NCBI GenBank assembly: GCA_001643675.2
Contig: LSRY02000014.1
Span: forward strand, 1,054,001-1,118,000
Direction of reading: 5' to 3'
Length of the DNA stretch: 64,000 bases
Source: Monocercomonoides exilis PA203
Taxonomy: Eukaryota; Protista; Preaxostyla
Below are positions 1 through 12,203 of the stretch, one piece after another; positions within the stretch are counted from its first letter, which is position 1; every line of letters begins with the position of its first letter. Under the pieces are notes generated by a model that saw only the letters and a list, made by a program, of their open reading frames with translations, was not told where the DNA came from and ran no database searches. The translations under genes were made by a program, and so were the position numbers.

Positions 1-2
1 CT

Positions 3-2588
3 AATGATGTTGATGATACATTTGCAGATATTGACGAGATGGTTAGAAAGGCACAGAAGGCTCTGTTGGAGTTACAAAAAATTGAAAGTCAAGAATTAAT
101 TGACTCAATTGTGCACGCCATGGCACTTGCAGGATTGGATGCACATGAGAAATTGGCCCGTATGGCAGTGGAAGAAACAGGACGTGGAGTTTATGAAGAT
201 AAAGTTATCAAAAACATGTTTGCAACTGAATATATTTGGCATGATATTAAGAAACAGAAAACCGTGGGAGTTCTTTCTGAGAATGACATGGAAGGAACCG
301 TTGTTATGGCAGAACCAATTGGTGTTGTCTGTGGAGTGACACCAACCACAAACCCAACTTCAACAACTCTGTTCAAGTGCTTGATTTGCATGAAGACTCG
401 CAATCCAGTTATTTTCGGATTCCATCCATCAGCTCAGGCTTGTAGCGCTGAAGCAGCAAGAATTGTCATGGAGGCAGCAATGAAGGCTGGAGCTCCAGCG
501 GATTGCATCCAATGGATAAAGAAACCATCAATTGCAGCTACAAACTATTTGATGAATCACGATGGAGTGGCAACAATTTTGGCAACAGGAGGAGCAGGAA
601 TGGTTAAATCTGCATATTCGACAGGAAAGCCAGCATTGGGTGTTGGTCCAGGAAATGTTCCTTGCTACATTGAAAAGACCGCAAACTTGTCACAGGCATG
701 CACAGATTTGATCATGAGCAAAACATTCGATAATGGAATGATTTGTGCTTCAGAACAAGCGGTGATTGTGGATGAGGAGATCCACAAGGAGTTTGAGGCT
801 TTTATGGTTGAGAACAATTGCCACTTGTTAACAGAAGAAGAGACAGCTATTCTGACCAAATACATGTTTCCAACTCCTGGAAAAGGTGTGCTGAACCATG
901 TTGTTGGAAAGACAGCAGAGTGGATCGCACAACAAGCCGGAATCAAAGTTGCACCAAAAACAAAAATATTATTGGCAAAACTTGAGGGCGGACCAGATGA
1001 ATCAAAACCTTTGAGCAAAGAAAAACTTAGTCCAGTTCTTGCATACTTCGTGAGCCGAAACACAACTGAAGGTTTTGCATATGCAAATAAAATGTTGGAA
1101 CTTGGAGGTCTTGGACACAGCGCTGTCATCCACACTTCAAACATGCCATTAGCGAAACAATATGGAGAAGAAATGAGGGTCGGTCGTATCATTGTGAATA
1201 GCCCATCATCACAAGGAGCAATTGGAGATATTTATAATGGTATTCGTCCTTCATTGACAATTGGATGCGGAAGCTATGGAGGAAACAGCGTATCTTCGAA
1301 TGTTTCAATTTCAAATCTCATCAACACAAAAACAGTTGCTAAAAGAAGAGTGAATATGCAGTGGTTCAAGATTCCACCAAAGATTTACTTTGAACGTGAT
1401 TCAATCCAATATTTGGAGAAGATGCCTAATATCACAAGAGCATTTATTGTGAGCGATGCAATTATGGTAAAGTTGGGAAATGTTGACAAATTGCTGTATT
1501 ATTTGAGAAAACGGACTCAATACGTTCATAGTGAAATATATTCCGATGTGGAACCAGATCCAGATGTTGAATGTATCATGCGTGGTGTTGAAGCAATGAA
1601 CAGATTTCATCCTGATGTGATTATTGCATTGGGAGGTGGTTCTGCAATTGATGCAGCAAAAGGAATGTGGCTGTTTTATGAACACCCTGATACATCATTC
1701 GATGGACTCAGACAGAGATTCTTGGATATTAGAAAGCGATCATTCGCTTTCCCACAGTTAGGAAAGAAAGCACAATTTGTTGCAATCCCAACAACAAGTG
1801 GAACAGGTAGCGAAGTCACAAGCTTTTCTGTTATCACAGACAGAAAGAAAGGAAACATTAAATATCCACTTGCAGATTATGAGCTTACACCTGATGTTGC
1901 AATCATTGATCCACAGTTCACAGTTACTCAACCAAAATCTATTGTGGCCGATTGTGGAATGGATGTTCTAACACATTGCATTGAAGCATATGTATCTGTG
2001 ATGGCTTCAGATTACACAGATGGTCTTGCGCTTCAAGGAGCAGAGATGGTTCTTGAATATCTTGAGAGAAGCTACATGGTTGGAGATGAACTTTCAAGAG
2101 AGAAAATGCACAACGCATCATGCATTGCTGGTATGGCATTCACAAATGCATTTTTGGGTCTTAATCACAGTATGGCACACAAGCTTGGAGGAGAATTCCA
2201 CATTCCCCACGGAAGAGCCAATTCAATTCTTCTTCCCTATGTGATTCGCTATAATGCACAAAAACCAACAAAGTTTGCATTGTTCCCGAAATATGCTAGA
2301 TTCCAAGCCGATGAGCGATATGCTAAATTCGCAAGACGTCTTGGACTTCCAGCATCAACAACAGAGGAAGGTGTAGAGAGTCTGATAAATGAGGTTAAAT
2401 TGTTGGCAAAGAAGTTGAATCTTCCAAGTTCCATAAAGGAATATGGAATTGACGAGAAAGTGTTCTTTGCTGTTGTTGAAGAGTTGAGCTATAAAGCATT
2501 TGAAGATCAGTGCACAACTGCTAATCCAAGGTATCCACTTGTCAGTGAAATTAAAGAATTGTTCAGACAAGCATATTATGGAGAATAA
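3..2588 (+). CDS. adhE: Bifunctional acetaldehyde-CoA/alcohol dehydrogenase (AdhE); probably 5'-truncated by the window edge
   Basis: 849-aa ORF from ATG 39, and the frame is also open from position 3 ([13 protein letters not shown]). ALDH motifs [33 protein letters not shown]. Fe-ADH motifs [32 protein letters not shown]. No intron in the visible part. Confidence 0.96.
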   Translation, partial: NDVDDTFADIDEMVRKAQKALLELQKIESQELIDSIVHAMALAGLDAHEKLARMAVEETGRGVYEDKVIKNMFATEYIWHDIKKQKTVGVLSENDMEGTVVMAEPIGVVCGVTPTTNPTSTTLFKCLICMKTRNPVIFGFHPSAQACSAEAARIVMEAAMKAGAPADCIQWIKKPSIAATNYLMNHDGVATILATGGAGMVKSAYSTGKPALGVGPGNVPCYIEKTANLSQACTDLIMSKTFDNGMICASEQAVIVDEEIHKEFEAFMVENNCHLLTEEETAILTKYMFPTPGKGVLNHVVGKTAEWIAQQAGIKVAPKTKILLAKLEGGPDESKPLSKEKLSPVLAYFVSRNTTEGFAYANKMLELGGLGHSAVIHTSNMPLAKQYGEEMRVGRIIVNSPSSQGAIGDIYNGIRPSLTIGCGSYGGNSVSSNVSISNLINTKTVAKRRVNMQWFKIPPKIYFERDSIQYLEKMPNITRAFIVSDAIMVKLGNVDKLLYYLRKRTQYVHSEIYSDVEPDPDVECIMRGVEAMNRFHPDVIIALGGGSAIDAAKGMWLFYEHPDTSFDGLRQRFLDIRKRSFAFPQLGKKAQFVAIPTTSGTGSEVTSFSVITDRKKGNIKYPLADYELTPDVAIIDPQFTVTQPKSIVADCGMDVLTHCIEAYVSVMASDYTDGLALQGAEMVLEYLERSYMVGDELSREKMHNASCIAGMAFTNAFLGLNHSMAHKLGGEFHIPHGRANSILLPYVIRYNAQKPTKFALFPKYARFQADERYAKFARRLGLPASTTEEGVESLINEVKLLAKKLNLPSSIKEYGIDEKVFFAVVEELSYKAFEDQCTTANPRYPLVSEIKELFRQAYYGE

Positions 2589-3434
2589 AAACAAGACGAG
2601 CCAATTTGGAGGGAGAAGGGCTTAAGTACAAGAAAGAGGATGAATGAATTATATAAACGAAAACGATATGATTGAATTCATTGAACAATAAGATTATTTT
2701 TCAATCTGTGGTATTCTGATAGGAATATGAACAGAATTGGGTTTGAATGGTTAGGATTAGAGAGATCATTATTTCTGATAAGCAGACAGATAAAACATTT
2801 TTCTCTTTCATGAATTAAATTTGGATCATCATTGTACAAAGCAAAATATCTTTGGGGTTGCAAATGTGAAGATCTTTCTGAATCATGTTTAGTGTTTGTG
2901 TAAAATGAATATTATTTGTTTGACGATTGATGAGTACATTTTCTTTGAAACATATTTTGTTAATATTGGACAATTATGAGAATATTTGTTCCAAAATTCA
3001 TTAACTTTTAAGAGAAATAATCATTTGAAAATTATTTTTGTATTTGCAATAATTTTTAGTTTGCGAATTGAACTTTTTTTATTTGCAGAAAGGTAAGTTG
3101 TGAAAGAATATAATTATCTTTCAATTATCTTTTTTGATTTCATTTTGTTGTGCAGTTCTATTTGCAATCTTTTCACTAATATACATTCAGTTTTATTTCT
3201 TTATACATTTATTGAATTATCATTTTTTTTTTTTTTTTCGATTTTACGTGTTGATGATAAAAGTTGACGCAACACGAAAGTAGTTATTATAAAATGTATT
3301 TTTTTTTTCCCTAATTTATTTTATGAAAGATATGAAAAGTGGAATTGAAATGTTTCATGAAGTGACTTTGCTTCATTTACCAAATCAAAAAATGAAGAAG
3401 AATGAAACAGATTCACAGATCAAATTCACCGTTG

Positions 3435-4221
3435 TCACGACCTCCTTTCCTTTCCTCGTCTGTAATCTTCCCATCTATCCGGAGCAATCTTTACAACAGT
3501 CTCTTCTTGCCCGGTGAGTTTTGAATAAGCTTCAGCGATCTTGATAAACTTTTGAGAGCAATCCTTGCAGTTTGGATTACGATCGGGATGACTAAGTCAG
3601 AGATAAGATAGAACGAGCGACATTCAAAATAAACACAATTTTGTTGAGTTTAAGGATCATAAAAATATGAATAAAACATATAAAATATAAATTTTCAATA
3701 AATCCATTCTGTATTAAAATATGTTTGAACAAAATAAAGTCACACAATTTTAATGCAAGCTTTTTATATTGATCACGTATTTCCTTTGAAGTTGCAGTCG
3801 GCTCAAGTCCAAGTACTGAATAATAGTTTGTTTCTTCAGGAACATAACTCCAGTGAAAATACCCCTTGCCCCCAAAAAGAAAAATGGCTCCAAGAGAAAC
3901 TATTACAAAAGCTGCTACAATACTGCAAAATTGTGCACATAATCTCTTTATTGGTATTGCATCAAGCGTTCTTTCAACTCTATCTTTTCGTTTAACAATA
4001 ATGTCCTCTTCATCATTGTCCTCATCGCTAAATGCATATTCATTCGGATTTTTGGTGTATATATTCTGTTCTTTAACAGTATAATTATTCTTTATTTTAT
4101 TATTTGGTTTTTGCTTAATGAAGAGATTTCTTTTATCAACAGATTCAGTGTTTTCTTCCTTTTCGATAGTTAAATAATCTGTAGAAGGAATTCTGTTTCT
4201 TCTTTGAATTTTTTTTGGCAT
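3435..4221 (-). CDS. Membrane-anchored DnaJ (J-domain) protein, 2 exons (4221-3746, 3591-3435)
   Basis: TM segment followed by NYYSVLGLEPTATSKEIRDQYKKLALK. Removing GT..AG intron 3745-3592 restores F-HPD-RNPNCKDCSQKFIKIAEAYSKL in frame, with TGA at 3437-3435. Confidence 0.88.
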
Positions 4222-4752
4222 GTGCTTATATGGTTTAGTGTAACTCTTCCTTTGTCCAAAAAATTAAGAATGAAAAATTTAACAAAAAAATATGGTTATC
4301 CAAAAATGATTTGTTCTCTCCCTGATTAAAAAAACTCCAAGAAAATATTATTACAAAGAATCCTTAACTTTTCCATAATTCATTCAAAAAAACTTTCATT
4401 CATTCGTATTCATCAGTCGAATTATTATTTCTTATATTTTTTTTCGACGAATGGATAGAGAAATATCTTATTTGAATATTTCATGATTGATAAATGAGAT
4501 TAGTTGTAAGAGAAACAAGTAAGTTGTGAAATTTATATTTTCTCATAAAAAATGTATCAACACAAAATGAGAAATTAATTACAAAAACGAAGAAATTCAA
4601 TGACAAATATCTTAGTCAGCAATTCATTTGATTATTTAATCAATATACAATTTCAGTACAATTATTATTCAGACACATTAATGACAAATGGAATTATCTA
4701 ATTTTTAATTTCTATTTATAAACATCTTTTATAGAAAAACAGAAAAAGAAAT

Positions 4753-4826
4753 CGCCCGCTGAGGGGGTCGAACCCTCGACCGTTAGATTAAGAGTCTAAC
4801 GCTCTACCGTACTGAGCTAAGCGGGC
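4753..4826 (-). tRNA. tRNA-Lys (CTT)
   Basis: Reverse complement GCCCGCTTAGCTCAGTACGGTAGAGCG-TTAGA-CTCTTAA-TCTAA-CGGTCGAGGGTTCGACCCCCTCAGCGGGCG folds as a cloverleaf with A/B boxes, and a T-run follows. Confidence 0.96.
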
Positions 4827-4957
4827 TTGTTGAAGAGGAAAATTTTTTATTTTCTTATACTGTTTTTTATAATTGTTTGTGATTATAAACACTTATTGAA
4901 AAATGACTGGAATTTTTCAATATTTTTAATCCTTAAGCTTTGATATTTTTATTTAAA

Positions 4958-5210
4958 GTGGTGATTATTTTTGAAATAGTATTCTTTCAATCATAAATTT
5001 TGGTTCGTAATTTAGCATTAATGTGAGAAAATGAACGATGAAAAGTGAACAGGCTTATTCAAAAAGTGTTACTTTTTTCTCAGCTTTAAATTATGTTTTT
5101 GAAGCAGAAATCGTTTTTTTCCTTTGAATTCAAATTCTATTCTCAATGGTAAACAACCTTTGAAAAATCAACACTCGGAAAAAAGTTATGATTTCAAAAA
5201 TAATCACCCA
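4958..5210. mobile_element. MITE family 'TGGGTGATTA' (~250 bp), copy 1
   Basis: Ends GTGGTGATTATTTTTGAAAT ... ATTTCAAAAATAATCACCCA. Internal GAAAAGTGAACAGGCTTATT matches the copies at ~37.0 kb and ~38.15 kb. Confidence 0.7.
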
Positions 5211-5977
5211 TGTTTTCAAAAATATCCATTTATTTTCATAATGATGATTTGGGACGAAATTTTAGCAATAATAAAAAAAACTAAGGTTTGTTCCAAACTG
5301 TTTTTGCAATTATTTCATTTCAAAATTTTCATTTCAATGCAAAAAAATACAGAAAATTAAAAAATAGAGAAATATTTTGGAAAGTGAAGTATGGAACAAA
5401 ATTCATAAAACCAAAAATTTTGTCCCGTTTTATCTTTCAAAGTCGATTTTTTCATGTTCATTCATATTAAATTAAAAATAAAAAAATGTGAGATAAAAGT
5501 TTGTCACCATTTCTATTTCGAGAGTTTCAATGAAATATAATGTTTTGAGAACTTTCTGGCACTCAGGCAAACAAGTTTGTCTCAAAAAATATTTTATTCA
5601 AAAACATTCAAAATGATTAATTTCGAAAAAAGTTTCAATTTCAAATGAAAAATTTACCAAATTTGAATAATAATTGGCGAATGCACTATGAAAATGAAAA
5701 TGCAAATAGAAATTAAAAATTGATAAAGTTATCTCAAAGACAATTCTATGAAAATAGATAAAAAAGTTGAAAAAAATTTAAATATTGAGCATGAACAACA
5801 TTTTGAAATAAAAAACATCAAAAACATATTAAAAACAAACAGAAGTTTTGAATTTTTTCTCTGTTTCTTCAAAGCAATTAAGAAATTAATAGAAAAAAAG
5901 CAAAATAGCTTCTCATCAAATGAATTACATTCAAAAAAATAATCAACTCAAAATCTCAAATAGAACATTCATTTTGC

Positions 5978-7562
5978 TCACAAATACACAAAATAATCTG
6001 CTGAGTGCAAATTCAAAAAGTGTCTAAAACTTCCGTTACGAGATTTACCAACTTCTTGATAGCTTGTGATGGTATCTTTAAACCCTTCTTCTTCTATCTT
6101 TTCATGAACTTTTCTCTTCTCAGCCTTTCTTTCCAATTCTTCAGCTTCATCATCATCTTCTTCAGTCAATCTCCATGAAAGCGATTCAAATAGATCCATG
6201 CATCTATGAATTGATTTGTCTTTCAATGTGGGCTGCAGAAGCTCCTCGGAAATGAGATCAAAAGCGCCACCTCTCAGTAAGTAATCAATGTATATAATCC
6301 TATCACATGCCATATCTTTAAAAATTTCATTGCAATTTTCATACACTTTGTAATAGTTTTCTTTTGATGCTTTCCACAGCCTGGTGAGGCAACGAGTCAT
6401 TTCAACATATTCCTCTTTATTTAATCCGTTGCAACTTATATAGTATTTAAATAGTTCAACCCATCTCAAAATTAAAGAATTGTTGTTAGCCTCTTCTTTG
6501 CTTCTTCCTTTTTGCTTCTTCCTCCAATTAACTTCTTTCATCAGCTCTTCCAGCGCTCTGCCTGCTTCTCTAGCAAAATGCAGATCATGCAGAACCGTTT
6601 CTTTCAATTCGCTATCGAAGATCAATCTGTTTCTCAAAAACTGAAAAGCCGACTGATGGGCAAGCTTAGTTAGATTGTGAAATGTCTGATGATATTGGAT
6701 GATTTCTGTAATCTCAGCCAAATACAATTCTTTATCCATTTTCTAATTAAAAATCAGAAAAAAAATTTTTTTTCACAATATCAAAAAGAAAAGAATAAAC
6801 GTTCAAACATTATACTCGTCAATATTACTCAAAGCCAGCAAAGCCATTTCCACTTCTTTCTGAGTCTCCTCGTTTTCTTCTTTCTTCAAGGCAGCTTTCA
6901 GCACGCAACGAAAACAAATTTCTTTCATTTCTTCAGTCAATTTTCTCTGACAGGAATTGAGCAAAAGATAGCATTCACAAAGATCAACAAGAAGTTTTTC
7001 GTTCTTTTCTTCCGTTTTCTTATTTTCTTCAATTATCATCTTTTCAAATCTTTCGTTTAAAAAAGATCCTTCAAAGCTATAAGCCCGCGGAGATTTCAAT
7101 GACCTGTTATATCCAATGCGTTTCAACAACAGAACGGCATTCCCCATTGACAATTTCTTTTTAATAATCATTTCATTGATTTCATTTAACAATTCTCCTT
7201 TGAAAACGGAATTGAACTCATATTTTTCCATTTCATCAATTGCTAAGTTCATTTCTTCAATTTCCTGTTTTTGTTCAACTTCAGTGCAGACACGAAATCC
7301 AGAAAATAACCCTATAAAGTTTCAAAATTTTGTATCAAACATTTTGAAAAATAAATTCAAACAAACTTTTAAACTTTTCAGTAAGCACTGTTTGATAATT
7401 ATTATCGTCATCATCATACAGAAATGTTTCATTAATATGTCTTTCCACATAACCCATATCATATTTAAATTCAAAACTTGAATCGTCAGTATAATCATCA
7501 TCGTAATCATCATCGTAATCATCATCGTAATCATCATCGTAATCATCATCATTTGCATTCAT
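5978..7562 (-). CDS. Hypothetical protein of an expanded oxymonad-type family, 3 exons (7562-7367, 7311-6809, 6742-5978)
   Basis: GT-AG introns 7366-7312 and 6808-6743 join three ORFs in frame (TEKFK-R-LFSGF..EIEEMN; DEYN-KMDKELYLAEI). Family-like motifs EKMIIEE, LLVDLCECYLLL, EVEMALLALSNI, EEEGFKD. Confidence 0.75.
7492..7550 (-). repeat. 12-bp tandem repeat (TAATCATCATCG)x~5 encoding (DDDY)n
   Basis: Directly visible, and in frame at the N-terminus of the 7562 gene. Confidence 0.9.
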
Positions 7563-7836
7563 TCTGCTGTGTATGTCCTGCCAATTGAAATTCAAAAATT
7601 CCAATCAATAAATGAGATTATTGGTAAATACAAATATAATTGTTTATCAAGAAAGTATTGAGAAAAAAATTACAAACCAAATATAATCACTGTTAAAAGA
7701 TGTGCAGTTGCAAAAAATGCTCAGATAAAGCTTGTTCGATGAGTTTTGCCCAAAGACCAAGCAAATCCTTTTTTCTCTTTGTGATCAATCCTATTAAAAA
7801 ATCTTTAAAATTGAGCAAAATATTTGAGTATGATAT

Positions 7837-9170
7837 TTGAGGAAACAACACCAGATTTTACATTTTTTTAAATCGAATTCTTGCATTTTTTTTGTTGATA
7901 ATAGTTTTAAACTTGTAAGATGGATTCGCCAAACAGTTTCTGATGAACAATTTTTCCATTATATTGAAGAAGGTCCAGCTATTTTTGTGGACAAGATATT
8001 TGAAGGTTTGACTATTTTGCGCATTTCTGTTGTTTTGATTGTATTTGAGGATGCTTTTGTTTTATTCTTAATGATAAAAGAGACAGACATCGAAAAAATG
8101 ATAGAAATGAAAGAGAAATCTGATTCTTTTGCTGCTTCAAAGGATGACCTCAAAAAAAGAAAGACAAATTAATCATGTCAACGTGGAATGGTTAATTTTT
8201 TTTCAAAAGTCTGATTGCAGGGTTTGGGAGAACAACTGCCGATGAGCACATTCAAATTATTGCTAGAATTGCATGACAAAAGGAAGAATTTGCGGATTTC
8301 GGAAAATGGATGGACAGCCGGGCAGGAAAGCATTGCAGCCATTTCTCAAATGCAGAAGTGAAATAACAATGAGGTGAATTTGCGAAGATATGAAAAAGAA
8401 AAATGGGCAGAAAGCGATAAATGGAGAGGCGATGGGAAAAGGGGATTTTCTGAGTGGAACTGAACAGACGGAATTATTGGATGGGCAATCATTCTCGCGA
8501 CGATTTTCAGAATTCGAAGTTCATTGATAAATGGTAAAAACTTTTTGGTTGATGTGTTGCTTGAGTCTTGATGCTGAGGGGAAAAGGAAAAGAAAAGAAA
8601 GGAAAGTAAGCAAAAGTCAGACAAAGTCAGACAAAAGCAGTCGTCCAAGGTATGAATCAGCATGAAATGACAGAAAGTCGATCGAAGTGGTACAATTGCT
8701 GGACATTGGTTGAGGGTTCATCGTGATTGGAAGAAGAATCTGAAAGGGGAAACAAGTACATCTGACGAAGGAGAATTGAATTGGTTGGAAGACAAACAAG
8801 GTCATTTGATATCTTTGACAACGAAGGGGAAGATGAAAATGAAGGAAGAGCAAAATGGAGATTATTGAGGAAAAAGAAACATCAAACGAGAAGTCAGATT
8901 AGATAACTTCAAATTGGATATTTGGATTTGATAAACGAACAAGAAAGAATATGGAACAAATTCTTTTTCAAGTTGCAATATTTATTCTATTTTGTTTTAT
9001 CAAAAAAATCGACCAATTTTATTGATTGATGTTATTATTCACGAAGCGTGAAGGATAAGGTACCAGATAATGATTCCATTCAAGGAGCACACACGTGGAG
9101 CTGTTAAGCTAATGAAAACGAAGATCGCTATGTCTTGCTGTTCGTTGAGCAATTGAGAGAGAAAGAAAGC
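7837..9170 (+). pseudogene. Possible degenerate coding remnant, unidentified
   Basis: Purine-rich, coding-like composition with short open segments (e.g. FKLVRWIRQTVSDEQFFHYIEEGPAIFVDKIFE) but many stops and no recognisable motif. Confidence 0.25.
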
Positions 9171-9656
9171 AAAAGAAAAAACTATTGTCAATATTCAAAC
9201 GATGCGGAAAGGAATACACTTTCAATTGTGAGCTTTGCAAAACTTTGTTTATGCTTTCTTTTTTATTTCCTCCGAATGAATTTTGGATTGTGAAATGAAA
9301 TTACGCGAGTGACTGTTGAATTCATGAAAAATGCTTTTTGCAGTTTGCTTGTTTTTTCTTTTCTTTTCTTTTCTTTTCTTTTCTTTTCTTTTCTTTTTAT
9401 CAAAACCACTAATTTCTTGTTTCATTTTTGGACCTGTAATGCCAATCTCAATGAAATGGATATATTATGAATTAGACAGAATCAGAAAATCTATAAACTT
9501 TTTTCGATACTCTTTATCAATTTCATACAAGGATGAACTAAATTGAACTTATATTAATCTAATTTCAATCTATCACAATCAATTTCGAATTGATTCAGTA
9601 AATTAACATTGAAAAATGTTGGGAAATTGATCCAAAAATTGAAATAACAAGATGGA

Positions 9657-9913
9657 ATTGTGATTATTTTACAATCAAAAATTTTCTTCCACAAAATTCG
9701 GTTTGAGAATTCTTGCTCAATATTGATGAATTAACACAGATAAGTTATTGCACCATTAATTGATATTTTTTCACAAATATCATCTCAAATATCTTCATTT
9801 AAAATAATTATCATAATTTTTATTGAAGAACAAAAAATTGCTCTCCAAAGAAAATAAACGTTTTTTCAAAACAACACACCGAAAAAAGTTATTTTTTCAA
9901 AAATAATCACTCA
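9657..9913. mobile_element. MITE family 'TGGGTGATTA', degenerate copy 2
   Basis: Left TTGTGATTATTTTACAATC. Right CAACACACCGAAAAAAGTTATTTTTTCAAAAATAATCACTCA is nearly identical to 42542-42583. Confidence 0.6.
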
Positions 9914-10172
9914 TATATATTTCATTCTGTGATTTCATATGATGGATAATGAATTAAAAACAGGTAAACAAGTTCATGAAAAGAAAAATGTGATTTTAAC
10001 CGAAACTGATAAAAATCAAATCATTTATATTCGGTTTTCATTCAGTTTAAAAACTCTGTGAATTTGAAGTCACAAGCTCAACTTAGAAAAGACTCCGTTT
10101 CTAGTCGGGGAGGAAACTCGGGCCAGGGAGGAAACCCGGGCCTCACCCATAGTTTGATTTTTGTGATCTCTA

Positions 10173-11544
10173 ATGAAAAAAACAATAAATTCTGCATCAA
10201 GACTTTGCGCAACTGCTGAAATTCGTGAGTTGGAAGATGCACACTTGAAGGCAATTTACTTACACAACATCCTGAACATTCCAACGAGAGAAATTGCCCG
10301 AAGCCAGGAACTTTCTCGCTCTTCAGTGCAAAGAGCTCTCGCCGCAGAAAAAAAAAGGAATACACCTGGAAAATCTGGAAGACCAACTCAATTTGACAAT
10401 TCGGACGAACAGTATTTAACAACAGTGATAATTCATGATGCAGAGCATGGAACGTTTCATTCAAAAATGGAAATTACACAAATGGTTTGTATTTCGCTAA
10501 TTATTATTTGTTTAATTTTTTTTTATAATTCAGGCTAATGATTTGCTAAAAACAAAGAGAAAAGAAGGAGATGAAGTCAAAACGGTTGACAAACATTGGG
10601 TGAAGCGATTTTTGAAAAGGCATATTGAAATTAGTCTTGCGAAACCAATTGCTTTGCCTTTAGGGAGAGCAGCCCACACTTCGAAATATACAATCGTCCC
10701 CTTCTTTGACGAAGTGAAGAAATTGTTTGAAAGTGTCAATCCAATTCCACAGCTATTGTTTAACTTAGATGAAACTTCCACTTTTTCATCCAAACAACAA
10801 CCTGAACTTGTTGCTTCTTCATCCTCAACGCCTTCTGCAGTTGTTCCTGAAGTTCACTTGCCAACTTCGACTTCAATAATCTTCATGACAAGTGCAGACG
10901 GGTGTCGATATTTGACACCCATATTAATTCCATTTTCAACGCTTCCAGAAGAATACAAGCTAGGAACAACTTCGCACGAAGTGTTCATTCCTTCTTTATC
11001 TGGTCATGTGACATCAGCAATTTTTTTGGACTTGTTCAAAAAGTGCGTAATCACAGAAATTAGAAATAAAAGAATTGCAGTGGGAAAGAGAGAAAAGCAT
11101 GCCGTCCTCATTATGGACGGTGGAGTGGGACATTTTCAGACGGAAATTCTTCAATTATGCAAGGATAATTTAATTGATCTTGTAAAACTTCCATCACATA
11201 CTTCACACATTTTGCAGCCTAATGATCAATACATCTTCGCAAGTGTGAAAAGGGTGTTCGGAAAAGCCAAAGAAAGCGGAACAACAACCTCAGCATCATC
11301 AAAGAGAGAAATATTTATTGAAATCCTAAGAAATGGACTTGCCGCCGCTTCGTATCCAGAAACTATAAAATCTTCTTGGAAAAGCACAGGGTTATGGCCA
11401 TTTAACCCGGAGAAGATTTTTTCAAATCTTCCTGATAATCCTCCAGAATGGGCATCACCTGGAGTTGAACCCAAATCTGCACCAATGGGATCTTCATTTG
11501 GAGCTGTTTATTATTCTTCTGATGATTTATCTGATTTGTTCTGA
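10173..11544 (+). CDS. DDE_1 (pogo/Fot1/CENP-B-like) transposase, DD35D, 2 exons (10173-10484, 10534-11544), ~440 aa
   Basis: N-terminal HTH (TREIARSQELSRSSVQRAL..GRP), WVKRFLKRH, and triad FNLDETS / LIMDG / LQPND with 35 residues between the last two Asp. Intron GTTTGT..TTCAG at 10485-10533 is phase 0. Confidence 0.9.
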
Positions 11545-11628
11545 AGACATTTTATTTTTTATTCCATATCATTGCAGCTTTTTTGGAATGCACAGCTTTT
11601 ATATATAAGTTAAATATCTTTATCTTTA

Positions 11629-12078
11629 CAGTCTAAACCGGATATAATCACGTCGAATATAAGCACATTCGTATATTATCACATTTTTGAGTGCAAGAAC
11701 ATTTTTGTCCAATTTTTCATTCATTTTTCATCACATATAATCACAGGCCTGAAAATATATAATCACATTTTGTTTCATAATGGGTAAATTTTTCATTGAA
11801 AAATCGATTTTTTGATCAAAATTTTCAATTTTTCGCTTTTTCAAAAACATGCTCAAATAAGTTTAAATAATGTGTATTTATGAAAAAAATTGATTTCGCA
11901 AATGAAAAAAGTGTATTTGGATAGAATTTCCAAAAATAAAAAAATCGACTCTAAATTAATTCGTTTGATAACTAATTTTTATTTTTTTCTGTGGAAAGCA
12001 TCATCGTGTATAATCACAATCGGATATAGTCACAAAAAGTTGTGCAAAAACCGATGTGATTATATCCGGTTTGGACTG
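11629..12078. mobile_element. 450-bp Tc1/mariner-type MITE nested in the 3' end of the pogo element
   Basis: TA|CAGTCTAAACCGGATATAATCACGTCG ... CGATGTGATTATATCCGGTTTGGACTG|TA, with subterminal TATAATCAC repeats. Confidence 0.88.
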
Positions 12079-12203
12079 TACTGTTTTTCTTTGTTTCAGT
12101 TCATGAAATGAAATACAAACACTAAAAAAGGAAAAATAAAAAAATTCCCATTTTAATATCAATGGCCCGGGTTTCCTCCCCGGCCCGGGTTTAGTCCCCC
12201 ACT

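Larger units (their letters stand above)
10104..12202 (+). mobile_element. Fot1/pogo-like (Tc1/mariner superfamily) DNA transposon, apparently autonomous
   Basis: 39-bp GC-rich TIRs at 10104-10142 and 12164-12202 (34/39 identical). TA on both sides (10102-10103, 12203-12204). Encloses a DDE_1 transposase. Confidence 0.88.

Noticed and set aside
5249-5430. GGGACGAAATTTT ... AAAATTTTGTCCC short inverted pair
   Set aside because: Too short and without a clear TSD to call an element.
9540-9615. AATCAATTTCGAATTGATTCAGTA resembling PHIS right-end motifs
   Set aside because: No terminal TCT or positional marker. Could be a remnant or chance in AT-rich DNA.
10085-10105. TCT-AGT at the pogo left end as a possible fourth PHIS unit end
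   Set aside because: No AGATTGAG 103 nt upstream and no TIR similarity.
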